A DNA stretch of 64,000 nt from Negaprion brevirostris (taxonomy: Eukaryota). The DNA lies in NCBI GenBank assembly GCA_030324005.1, contig JARDVH010000097.1, positions 19,314,694 through 19,378,693 of the forward strand. The letters are read 5' to 3'. A program made the position numbers and the translations under genes. Positions 25,680-37,298 of the stretch are shown here, in pieces; within the stretch, counting starts at the first letter, position 1; each line of letters opens with the position of its first letter. The notes beneath the pieces were generated by a model that saw nothing but the letters and a program-made list of their open reading frames with translations, was not told the DNA's origin and made no database searches.

Positions 25680-28552
25680 GGGAGTGTCAGAGGATAAACA
25701 TCATGATCACTCCCAGTGCATCGTGCACTTCTGAACCTTGGCAGATGAACAGAAGCTGTCTACACCTGCCAGCTGCTCTCAGGGTGCTCCTGGCAGTAGC
25801 AGCCTTTCCTCTGCCCGTCTGCCAGTGACTGAGCGCATCAGTGTGTCACAGTGGCGGAGGAGGCTCCAACCACAGGGGGACCATTGCAGCATAGCACCCA
25901 TAAACGAGTGTAGACACAGAGGAATTATCATTGGTGTTTTCATTACTGTGTAAGGCAGAGAGTGTTGTGTTGCTAATTTGCACTTTATTATAATCATCAG
26001 GAATGTTATGTGTTTGAATGATAATGTGTGGACTTGGGATAATGCCCAAAGAAAGTGTCACAAATTTCAGAGACCTTCTGATAGAGATCCAAGACCTGCA
26101 ACAAAACCACATCTTCAGCAGATCTATGGTATTCCTGATAGTCACCTTTCAACTGCTGGTGGCAGACTGGCTTTAAACCTTTCTCCTGTGGGAGACTGTG
26201 GATTAATTTTCTGTCACCGATTCAATGGGTATTCCTTGTACACTGACTCAAGCAATTGTGAGGTTAGCTGAGAATGCCAGAGGATAGACATCATGATCCA
26301 TCCACTATACCGCACACAACTGCACCTTGGCAGATGAGAAGAAGCTATCTACACCTACCAGCTGCTCTTGGGTGCTGTTGGTGGCAACCTTTCCTCTGCC
26401 TGACTCCCAGTGACTGAGCGCTTCAGGATATGACAGAGGAGCTCCAACCATCGGAGGATCATTGCAGCATAGCACCTATAATCGAGTGTAAACAGTGAGG
26501 AATTATCACTGATNNNNNNNNNNNNNNNNNNNNNNNNNNNNNNNNNNNNNNNNNNNNNNNNNNNNNNNNNNNNNNNNNNNNNNNNNNNNNNNNNNNNNNN
26601 NNNNNNNNNNNNNNNNNNNNNNNNNNNNNNNNNNNNNNNNNNNNNNNNNNNNNNNNNNNNNNNNNNNNNNNNNNNNNNNNNNNNNNNNNNNNNNNNNNNN
26701 NNNNNNNNNNNNNNNNNNNNNNNNNNNNNNNNNNNNNNNNNNNNNNNNNNNNNNNNNNNNNNNNNNNNNNNNNNNNNNNNNNNNNNNNNNNNNNNNNNNN
26801 NNNNNNNNNNNNNNNNNNNNNNNNNNNNNNNNNNNNNNNNNNNNNNNNNNNNNNNNNNNNNNNNNNNNNNNNNNNNNNNNNNNNNNNNNNNNNNNNNNNN
26901 NNNNNNNNNNNNNNNNNNNNNNNNNNNNNNNNNNNNNNNNNNNNNNNNNNNNNNNNNNNNNNNNNNNNNNNNNNNNNNNNNNNNNNNNNNNNNNNNNNNN
27001 NNNNNNNNNNNNNNNNNNNNNNNNNNNNNNNNNNNNNNNNNNNNNNNNNNNNNNNNNNNNNNNNNNNNNNNNNNNNNNNNNNNNNNNNNNNNNNNNNNNN
27101 NNNNNNNNNNNNNNNNNNNNNNNNNNNNNNNNNNNNNNNNNNNNNNNNNNNNNNNNNTTATGTGCCCTGTTTGTGAACAGAGCTCCTACTCACCTGACAA
27201 AGGGGCACAGCTCTGAAAGCCAGTGGCGTTTGCTATCATATAAACCTGTTGGACTTTAACCTGGTGTTGTGAGACTTCTTACTATTTTTATCCCAGTCCA
27301 ACGCTGGTATCTCCACATCATTAGCTGGGAGTGCCAGAGGATAGACATCATGATCACTCCCAGTGTATCATGCACTCCTGAACAGAAGCTGTTTACACCT
27401 GCCAGCTGCTCTCGGGCGCTCCTGATAGTGGCAGCCTTTCCTCTCCCTGTCTACCAGTAACTGAGCGCTTCAGGATATCATGGTGACAGAAGAGGCTCCA
27501 ACTACAGGAGGATCATTGCAGCATAGCACCCGTAAACTAGTGTAAACACAGAGAAATTATCATTGGTGTTTGAGGCATGCATGAGGCAGAGAGTTTTGTG
27601 GTGTTAAGTTGCACTTTATTAAAATCATAAGTAATATTATGCGATTGAATATTAATGTGTGGATTTGGGACAAATGTCAAAAGGAATTGTCGCAAACTTC
27701 TGTTAAAGATCCAAGACCAGACAACGGAACCATATCTTTGATCTACCGTTCTCTCGATCGTTGCCCACGTGGTAGCCTGATTGGAATTAAATCTTTCCTT
27801 TGTCACAGGCTATGGATTCTGCTCTGTGGGATAAGCCACTTATTCAACAGATGCTTCTTCTGAATTGCAATCCATCTCCACACACAGCACAAAATGTTGT
27901 GGCACTAGCCTGGAGCGCCCAGAGGTTAAAGTATCATGATGCCTCCAGCATACCATACACACCTGAAGGATGGTGCTAATGGTGATGGCAGACCAACTGC
28001 ATTTCGGGAGATCAACAGAAGCTGCCTATACCTGCCAGCTGCTCTTGGGATGCTCCTGATACTGGCAGCCTTTCCTCTGCCCATCTGCCAGTGACTGAGT
28101 GCTTCAGGATGTCACGGCGACAGAGGAGGCTCCAACCACAGCAGGATCATTGCAGCACAGCACCCGTAAACGAGTGTAGACACAGAGGAATTATCACTGG
28201 TGTTTGATGTGAGTGTGAGGCAGAGAGTGGTGTTGTTAATTTGCACTTTACTAAGATCATCAAAAGTGTTATGTGTTTGAATGATAATGTGTGGACTTCG
28301 GACGAGCATCCAAAGAAAGTGTCACAAATCTCAGAGACTTTCTGATAATGATCCAAGATCAGGCAATGGAGCCATATCTTTCACAGGTATATGGTTCTCT
28401 TGATTGTTGCCCTAATGGTGGCCTTACCGGCATTAAACATTTCTTCTGTCGGAGGTTGTGGATTCATGTTCTTGCCCCCATTCAATGGGTTTTCCTTCTG
28501 AACTGCCATCCAGCTGTGCAGTGATGTAAGGAAATGTGGCATTAGCTGGGAG
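25680..28552 (+). repeat. ~590 bp tandem units (hairpin A + hairpin B + transposase fragment)
   Basis: Unit start ctgggagtg(t/c)cagaggatagacatcatgat at ~25680, ~26268, ~27325, ~27910 and a truncated start at ~28545; a gap interrupts unit 2. Confidence 0.85.
27158..27320 (+). mobile_element. Penelope-like terminal repeat
   Basis: cacctgacaaaggggcacagctctgaaagc (mutated hammerhead) ...taaacctgttggactttaacctggtgttgtgagacttcttac. Confidence 0.7.
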
Positions 28553-28625
28553 TAAACACAGTAAGAAGTCTCACAATACCAGGTTAAAGTTCAACCAGTT
28601 TATTTGATAGTAAACCCATAAGCTG
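28552..28625 (-). mobile_element. Penelope-like terminal repeat fragment
   Basis: aaacacagtaagaagtctcacaataccaggttaaagttcaaccagtttattt is the reverse complement of 27240-27295. Confidence 0.7.
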
Positions 28626-29999
28626 TCTGTAAAGTCAGTTTTGGATATAATGAAGTCAGAGAGCTAATGCTCGATCAGGAAGGGAGTGCCAATCACCCCC
28701 TCATCAAGAAATTCCACACTGGGTTTTTTTAAATCCATGCAATTGATGAGGCCAATGAGATTGAACATTTGGGCAGGCAGGCATTGTTGCCAGGTGGCTT
28801 TTAGTGCTTGCTGCAGGCTGGGAGCCCAGAGGAACACTGAGAGGAGTGGGAGTTTTAGCAGAGTCTGTGGTGAGGCTTTGTAAGATTGCCTGGTGTTTTT
28901 ATATTGGGGGATTTTGTTGCTGAACAGCTAAAGGGGGGACTTTCATCCATCATTGGATGAGGCTCTCAGCTAGCCTCGCCACATCACCCAACATCTGTCA
29001 TCATGACCCGTTTTTCAGCCAATGCAGTGGGGACACCCTGTTTTTGAAGTGCCCTCCCAGTAACTTATCTTGTACTGTAACCAGATCCTCCTCCAAAGCT
29101 AAAGATCTTCTCCAGCTGACTATCTCCACTGTCAAGAGCCCTGCTCTCAATACATCGAATTGGACAGGGAAGCTTGTCTCAGGCCAATTAAAGTCCCACC
29201 CATGAGAAAATCTCAAATTCAACCGATTCCCCACCAGAGGTGGGATTGGGACCTGAAAACAGAATTGTTTTATGGAAAACAGTTCAGCACTTAGTCTCAA
29301 TTTTTGTATGTCTGGAAGAAGACTCAAAGAAAGCAGTCAATTGGATCCAGAAGCAGCTTACTCTGGGGCCAAGTTTTAAACTTGACAAAAGGAAGCTCCT
29401 GTTGGAATATGCAACCTAATTGTGTGCACAACAGGAGCATTGAATGAAGAAAAGTTCCAGGAAGTGAAATGTGCAAATGGAGTTTGTGTGCAAGTTAGAA
29501 GTGTATGATCTATCTGTTGGGTCAGCTGTGACAGTGTAATATTGAGAAACTACGGAGCGACTATGTGCAGATCTTAGAAGGGCAGATCAAAAAAAGTAAA
29601 GGAAAAGAACCAAAGTTAAAAACTATCCATTGAAGCAGACATAAGTCAACATGGTGGAAAAATTCAGATGTAAAATTACTGAGAGAAAGTAAGTGACAAT
29701 GGTTCTTTTTTCTGAAGAATATCTTTGAAAAGTACGCATGATTGAATTGCAGCATCATCCACGCAGTTAAAAGTTTACAGCCTTTTGTGTGGTCTTATGT
29801 GGAAGCAAGCATTTGTTATTTGTCCTCTCTACGCATGTATGCATATGTACAAGGAACTTGAGCCATGCATTCATTTTGAACCAGTTAAAAGTCTAAATTT
29901 GCAAGGACATTAGAAAGACATGAAATGATTATTTCATTACAATAACGCAGGCTGAGAATATTTTCCAGCATTAAGTTAGGGTTCAATGATGGTTATATG

Positions 30000-30380
30000 A
30001 CATTCAATTCCATTATCCTTTTCTCAATCATAAAGCAGTCTGTGTCCATATGCATCAAAACAACAGATAGGCTTATAAGTCACAAGTAATATTCATTTCG
30101 CACAAGTGTTAAAGTAATGACCATCTCTCCAATGAGAAAGAGTTTAACCACATCTCTTTGTCAATCATTCACATCATTCTTAGCATCTGCCTGCCCAAAG
30201 CTATTCAATCGCCTATGTAGGACAAGTTACAAATGTGATGGAATATTTGTCTAGATGAGTGTGGCTCCAGCAACATTCAATTAGCTTGACACCATCCAGA
30301 ACAAAACAGCTATCTTCATCAACAGTCCCCAGTCACCAGACAAAACATTTTCTCACTCCACCAGCAGTACACATTGGCAA
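30000..30380 (+). mobile_element. CR1-group LINE fragment (same family as 50160-51335)
   Basis: gtgatggaata...ggctccagcaacattc..gcttgacaccatccagaacaaaacagc matches the reverse complement of 50560-50660. Confidence 0.55.
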
Positions 30381-31312
30381 GTTACCACTTATATCTCTGA
30401 ACCATATGGGCAGGAGATAACAAAGTGGGATTCACACCTAATGGAGTGAACTCACTCCAGAAACAGCAGTGCAAAACTAAATGAAAGTGGGAAAGTGGGA
30501 AATCCTTCTGCTCAGTCCTTGGTGCAACTTTCTTCTCTTTCTTTCCTTCCTGCAGAGTCAAATGCATTTCATTCCGACAATCCCGTTGACCAATTCTGAC
30601 TGTTAGCGGACAACAAATATTTCTGGTACATGGATCTACCGTGATCCTTATTCTGCCCTGAATCCAGTTCTGAAAGCTCAACATTATCTGAGTCCTTCAT
30701 TAAACAGCTCATGGTCTTTCATTATTTCCCTCTGCATGGTAACTCCAGCATTTCTTCATCTGACACAGCATAGCAACATATCCTACCTCTAACATTGCTC
30801 TGTTCTCTTGGACTGAAAATGTGTTGTCAGGAAACGCATGATGTTGGAAGGACAGTCCAGTTCAAAGATGAGCTGAAATGAAACAATTAAGGAAAAGGTC
30901 AGCATTGGGGAATTCCTTAGGCTTACACATATGTTATACTCCAAATCAATCCAAAAGGAAAGGATAAAATAGAAACAAGAGGAGATCAGGGATCATATCC
31001 AGAAGTCACTTATGTACCTGTGGGGGTGGTGCTCAGCAGAGTGGATCAGCTCCTAAAAGTTAAATGCTTAGGCCTCATCACCATTTGCAGAATGCATCTA
31101 ATTTCAGGTCAATATTGGGTCATACCATGAAATGGTGAATGAAAGTATCAGTCAGTCTCACGTAGAGCAAGGGTAAAGCTCCTTTAAATGATTCCATCCA
31201 ACACTCCCAGGGCAAGTACAGAACCAAGTAAAGCTAACTTAGCTGAGGTTGGAGTTCTTGCTATGGAAGGAGTGCGGGGCATGTTTACCAGGCTGATTCC
31301 TGGGAACAGACA

Positions 31313-31615
31313 GCACTGTGGCACAGTGATTAGCACTGCCACTTCAGAGTGCCAGGGACCCAGGTGCAATTCCAGCCTCGAATGACTGCCTGTGTGGAGT
31401 TTGCACATTCTCCCCGTGTCTGCGTGGGTTTCCTCTGGATGCTCCAGTTTCCTCCCACAATCCAAAGATGTGCAGGTTAGGTGGATTTGGCAGGCTAAAT
31501 TGTCCTTCAGTGTCCAAAAATGCATAGGTTAGGGGAGTGAGCAGGATAAATATGTGGGATTACCGGCATAGTGACGGGGTGGGATTGTTTTCGGTGCAAG
31601 CTCGATGGGCTGAAC
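31313..31615 (+). mobile_element. V-SINE (HE1-like)
   Basis: tRNA head plus near-consensus V core gtgtggagtttgcacattctccccgtgtctgcgtgggtttcc. Confidence 0.9.
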
Positions 31616-31940
31616 CATAAGAACATAAGAACATAAGAAATAGGAGCAGGAGTAGGCCATCTAGCCCCTCGAGCCTGCCCCGCCATTCANNNNNNNNNNN
31701 NNNNNNNNNNNNNNNNNNNNNNNNNNNNNNNNNNNNNNNNNNNNNNNNNNNNNNNNNNNNNNNNNNNNNNNNNNNNNNNNNNNNNNNNNGCCTATCCAGA
31801 TCCCTCTGCAGACTTTCCACACCCTCCATGCAATTTGCTTTTCCACTCATCTTCGTGTCATCAGCACATTTCATCACCCTACACTCTGTCCCCTCGTCTA
31901 GATCATCTATATAAATGATAAATAGTTGAGGCCCCAGATG
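31616..31940 (-). mobile_element. CR1 LINE 3' fragment spanning a gap
   Basis: [14 protein letters not shown]...SLQRDLDR (RT FADD motif) and (aagaacat)n tail. Confidence 0.8.
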
Positions 31941-32979
31941 ATTTTGAAAGAGAGTGGGGGATCAAGGTAAAATACTGAAAGCGAAGAAATGTATCAGAGG
32001 AGCAGAGAGTCAGCCAAGAATTGCAAAGGCTTCCATTCTCACAATGTGCAACTCGTGTGCATTCGCAAATCAATCTTCATGTAGATGTGACAGGAGTCCT
32101 TGGAAACTGCCTTGATGCTTCCCCAATGTAGCAGTCCACATCTAAATGGCCTGCTTTCTTTGCACCCCCAGAGTAGAGTTGCCAGCTGGCTGTTCAAGGA
32201 CAAAATGTATCCACATAAAATGTGGCAGATAATGCCTCATAGAAACCCACAGAATGAGACCCAGGTGCGTTATAATGAATGTTATAGCAACATCACAGTT
32301 GCGCCATTGAACCATCCAACAGCGTGCTGGAGATACATGTTCAGTGCCCAGAGACACCTCTCAGTGTGTGTCAGCCAGGGTCCCCGGAATAGTCATGGTG
32401 TGCTGCTTTCTTCACAATTGAACAACAATGAGATTTGAACCTGCAGGAGTGACAGGGCATAAGCTTGATCACATGACTCTGAAAAGGAGGATGAAGAAGA
32501 TGGGTATGAATTGGAGAAGGCAGAAGGTGATGAAGACAATGTAAAATTACTGCACCCAAGTCACAATCACTCAAAATCAACTTTGCCTCCTTCCATCACC
32601 ACACAGAGAAAGCAGTTCTGCAAATAACCTTTGCACAGACGGAAAACTCAAGCCAAACGTCACATCGGAATCTAATAGGACTATTCTATTCTTTGGGATC
32701 TGAGTATCACCTGCCTTTGAACAGCCCTTCATTGCTTGACATCAATTTGTTCGTCATTGTACAATTAAAAAGGCTTTTCATATCTCAGTTCTGATTGCTG
32801 TGATGCTCTTGGCCAATGTCTTGTAACTTTTGGAGCTCATGAGAGTCCTGAGAAAGTTGCATCTGTGCAGGAATAGCTTCAGCTCTTGTACCACAAGGCA
32901 ATGTCGGGATCTGACCGGAGATGAAGAGAGAAAAGGGATGGAAGTGGAAGCCTTTGAATGAAGTGCCCACTTCCAAGTA

Positions 32980-33400
32980 CTCTTTCATCTTCATTCCTCC
33001 CTTGGCCAAACTACACTTCCCTGCTGGCAATGCCCTGGAGAATATTCGCTTCAGATCACTGATAAGGCCAGGTTACCAGCCATCCTATTTAATGTGGCAC
33101 TTAAAGTGTGCAATCCACTGGGGAAGGCCTGTAATAATCGCTGTGTTTGATTCTTTCCATGGACAAAGATATCACTGTTAAGGCCTGTGACATTATATCA
33201 TTCATCCTTGAGACACATTCCTCCAATCTCCTGTAGTTGCATGGCCCATGTGCGTCTCCATCCAGCTAAACAGAACCTTGGAGAGTCCTGTACTCTTCAG
33301 TGTGGACTTTCTATGCTGCCCATCTGGTTATGCACCCTTGCTCTTGGGCTATCAGATGAATACACAACGACATGTCTCGAAGGGCTCAATGAATGTGGAT
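32980..33400 (+). mobile_element. Possible very decayed Harbinger transposase remnant
   Basis: Ordered scraps resembling AGFP, DGTH, GFHS, CD and PGSC across frameshifts; weak. Confidence 0.3.
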
Positions 33401-33989
33401 GATGTGAGTGATGCATGGCCTTCATGAGTTCAGTGATGGTGCACCCTCAGAGGGAGTGATCTCCTCTATCGAGTTGTGGCCATCATTCATGAGCTGGACC
33501 ACCTCCCCTCGATTAGTTACAGGTCCTGGGGGAGATTAAAGACAGGAATTAGAGCTATCATTAAAATTGCTGGATTTACAGAAATGCACCACATTGCAAG
33601 CATTCAGTACCCCCTTCTGAATGATCTTCAGCTCTCTGCTGGGTTTGTGTACACAACACAATCATCTCAAACAAATGTACATAAAGGAAGGAACTGGCTC
33701 TTTTTTGTGAAGACCTGACTCCGCTCAGCGCCAGGGAAAATGGTCTTTCATAACTTTCCAGGGATGGCCTCTCCCAGGCCCTTGAGGCAGTCAGACAGAT
33801 GGGGCAAGGGCAGGACTGTTCTCCAAAGACAATAGTCATAACACTGCTCCAGTGTACCTCCTTTGTTCATCAGAATTGCTTAAGCTGCTTTCAAAGGTTT
33901 CTTCACTCTGTGGTTCCACTGCTACCATTGCATTTTTGTACTGATGTCTCCACTGCTGGTATAGGATTTGAGATCCTTCTACATGCGAG

Positions 33990-34775
33990 GTAATGCATTT
34001 TTGAAGATTGAATACAGATAGGAAATATACAGTAAATGGCAGAACACTTAAGAGCATTGATAGGCAAAGGGATCTGGGTGTACAGGTACACAGGTCACTG
34101 ATAATGGCAAAGCACGTGGAGAAGGTAGTCAAGAAGGCATATGGCGTGCTTGCCTTCATCGGCCGGGGTATTGAGTTTAAAAATTGGCAAGTCATGTTGC
34201 AGCTTCATAGAACCTTAGTTAGGCCGCACTTGGAATATAGTATTCAATTCTGGTCGATACACTACCAGAAGGATGTGGAGGCTTTGGAGGGGGCATAGAA
34301 AAATTTACCAGGATGTTGCCTGGTATGGAGGGCATTAGCTATGAGGAGAGGTTGGAGAAACTTGGTTTGTCCTCACTGAGCAATAGGTGTTGTGGGGAGA
34401 CCTGATAGAAGTCTACAAGATTATGAGAGGCATGGACAGAGTGAATAGTCAGAAGCTTTTTCCCGGGGTAGAAGTGTCAATTACTAGGGGGCATAGGTTT
34501 AAGGTGCGAGGGCCAATGTTTATAAGAGATGTAGAGACAAATTCTTTACACAGAGAGTGGTGGGTGACTGGAACTCGTTGCTGGGGGAGGTAGCAGAAGC
34601 GGATACGGTAGTGACTTTTAAGAGGTGTCTTGACAAGTACATGCATGAGATGGGAATAGAGGAATATGGTCCCCAGAAGGGTAGGCAGTTTTAGTTAAGT
34701 GGGGCAGCTTGGTCAGTGCAGGCTTGGACGGCTGAAGGGCCTGTTCCTGTGCTGTAATTTTCTTTGCTTTTGTTC
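33990..34775 (+). mobile_element. CR1 LINE 3' end
   Basis: YTVNGRTLKSIDRQRDLGVQVHRSL...LVRPHLEYSIQFWS; GDLIEVYKIMRGMDRV...TRGHRFKV; 3' UTR and tail. Confidence 0.92.
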
Positions 34776-36077
34776 TTTACTTCAGACCCAAGTCACGAGA
34801 CTTGGTTCTTGGACAGACTTAGACATACTCTGGTTTCTGTTGAACACTTGTTTACTAGTACAACATTTAAACAGGTGCCAAAATAGGCACGTTGCTTCTA
34901 GGTATGATTATAACCTTCCTCTCTCTCTCTCTCTCAAGATTCCAACACATGACTGACTGCACGTCCATGATACACATCCTCTACATCATACATTAGCATA
35001 TCCTGTTAACTGTTATATAACAGGAGTCATTGTTGATGAGAGCAACCAGGTGGCTATTGCAAGTGCCAGCTATTGTTGTTGGAATTGTGGCAAGGGCTGG
35101 TTATCACAGGGAGGATACCAGGTTATACCTGGTGGTCTGTGCATATAGTGGAGGGCACAATTGCTGCTGGTACAATGCAAGCAGTGATTATGCTCTGCAC
35201 TGCATATGTCGAGTGACATGTCTATCAAATTTCAAATATTTGAAATGCGTAATCATTTTGGAAGTTTGATGTCCCTTTAAAGTAAGCTTTTTTTGGATGA
35301 TTATTTCAATATTGGAACAACTGCCAATCAAAATACCACTGTTTTCCTCCAGCGAATTTGTGAAATACAAATTATGTACGATTCCTGACAGAAAAACAAC
35401 CATCAACGCCTCATCTGCAATAATGATCTTTTCATGCTTCACAAATACCAAACTTGGCACTTAACCAAGAGCTTGGTGAAGATGAACTTAATCAACCTGC
35501 AGTCAAAAGAAAACCCTGAAGGGAAATGACACAACAAAAATTTGACAATTCTAAAATTTGACCAGACCTCCAACATGATCTCTCATGACCAAACCAGAAC
35601 TCCAAGCTGAATACAAAGATCTGGGCCAAATCCAGGCTCTTCATGTCAACTTTTCAAACTTGAAGTGATGGATAATTATTCACTGAAGCTGCACTCACAC
35701 CACATGACCTTGCAAGATACGTATAGACATTTAAAGTATGAACCGGAAATAGATGCGTCACTGTGAGGCAAAATGGAGTTCCTGCCAATGCACTTCGAAC
35801 TGCAAAATCCCTGAACAAATCTGCACGTCTGGATAAATCTTGACAAGTTCATTAAAATGCAAACAACATTTCTGCACATAACTTTGTGAAGTCATTAACA
35901 TGCTAACAACTCTAATGACCACATTCGTCCAGCGAATGAAGAAAAAGCTGATTTCTCAAGATTATTTGCAAAATCCTATACTCCAAACTGGAGACCCAGA
36001 AAATAGGTATGAAAAGTGTTTCTTTTTATCAGAATAAGATGTGTCTGGGTAATACTCCAACTGTTTGGTTTAGTAAT

Positions 36078-36381
36078 AAGTTTAACTTTATTCATTAGTG
36101 TCACAAACAGGCTTACACTAACACTGCAATAGAGTTACTGTGAAAATCCCCTAGTTGTCACATGCTGGCATCTGTTCGGGTACACCGAGGGAGAATTTAG
36201 CATAGCCAGTGCACTTGGTCAGCACATCTTTTGGTCTGTGGGAGGAAACCAGACCACCCAGAGAAAACCCAGGTAGACATGTGGTGAACATGCAGACTCC
36301 ACACAAACAGTGTCCCAAACCATGTATCAAACCTAAGTCCCTGGTACTGTGAGGCATCTAACCACTGTGCCACCATGCTGC
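36078..36381 (-). mobile_element. V-SINE variant with alternative 3' tail
   Basis: Reverse complement of tRNA head + V core + tail ...ttcacagtaactctattgcagtgttagtgtaagcctg, same type as 55991-56303. Confidence 0.85.
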
Positions 36382-36959
36382 CAATAGCCTTGCCAGCAGA
36401 AATTATTTTGCAGGTGTTTCCGAATGAAAACAGGGGCATTCATTTCAACACGGTGATTCTGAATGAAAACAGGGGCACTCGTTTATCATGCAATCATTCA
36501 CTGTCAGTACATTAAGCATTCTGAAATGTAGTCATTCAAAATTCACGACTCTGACTGTCAGTCAAAATTTAATAAGTGCAGCAAAAGTGACTGATAGAAA
36601 TGAGTCAATTCTGCATAATCATTATTCCACCCAAATGACAGACCGCGAAACTTTGTTTTAGTAGCACACTTGGTTCAAATGCACCATAGATTCAGTTCTA
36701 CCTCAGTCTACAGCAAGCTATTTGAAAAGGAAAAGGGATCATTAAAACAAAGTTCTATCTTGCCCAGAGGGGCTTGTGAATACCATTACCAGCTACCTAC
36801 ATAGCAATGCTATGGAACTGAACCGAGATGACAATGTGTTGGGAGAAATCTTGGTCAGTGTCAGTCTGTATGATTGATATCATTATTAGGTCATAAAAGA
36901 GTTCAGAGCAAAACACAAGAAATAAAAGCACACAGAATATACATTTCCAGAGTTAGAAA

Positions 36960-37298
36960 TGCTGCTGGAAATAGTCTTTTCAATTTTCAGATTTATTTCT
37001 ACACGTGGGTGCGAGTGATATTCAGTACTGATTAGATGTCATGGCTGGTGTAAACCTGGGGCTTTCTCCCACTCTAACTCAACCTATCTTTAACCTCTTG
37101 TTGTGTCTGCCACCCTTTATAATCTCATTGCATAGCCATAGGGTGTCCCGTTAGTTGATTTTTCACCGCGTAAATAAAGAAGATTGATTGACATGTTATG
37201 CATCTTGGGTGCAGTAATTGTCCAGGTTTGACAACCTGTGACTGATGATGGATATAACTATTGTAAATTTGTTTTACTGAAAGCTGTCCCGCATGTGT
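36960..37298 (-). pseudogene. Possible decayed CUB-domain exon
   Basis: After a cag acceptor (phase 1): TCGTAFSKTNLQ*LYPSSVTGCQTWTITAPKMHNMSINLLYL resembles CUB CG....YP.....C.W.I.AP....I.L.F; multiple stops. Confidence 0.35.

Larger units (their letters stand above)
17900..25680 (+). repeat. Tandem segmental duplication: ~17900-21360 and ~21595-25680
   Basis: Colinear high similarity (tgcagaaagggaggagataatgg at 17931 and 21616; aaagtttggagcacatcac at ~21002 and ~25334); the second copy has ~0.65 kb extra near 24080-24690. Confidence 0.9.
11520..28552. repeat. ~17 kb complex tandem array of shuffled Harbinger-derived modules
   Basis: Repeated modules (gcctttcctctgccc, ttgcactttattaaa, aaacctttc..gagactgtggatt, tctcatttctc) recur many times each, almost all in the same orientation; transposase and Myb-like peptide remnants throughout. 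Confidence 0.85.

Noticed and set aside
13010-28524. Functional HARBI1-like domesticated gene
   Set aside because: All transposase pieces are short, frameshifted and redundant, and the catalytic segment is deleted or inverted.
11520-28552. CRISPR-like repeat/spacer array
   Set aside because: Eukaryotic context; spacing is hundreds to thousands of bp, intervening sequences are homologous to each other, and there are no cas genes.
29540-29632. SDYVQILEG resembling a CUB motif on +
   Set aside because: Too short, bounded by stops, with no other CUB features.
34771-35020. Solo LTR (TGTT...AACA termini)
   Set aside because: The left end overlaps the CR1 tail and no target-site duplication was evident.
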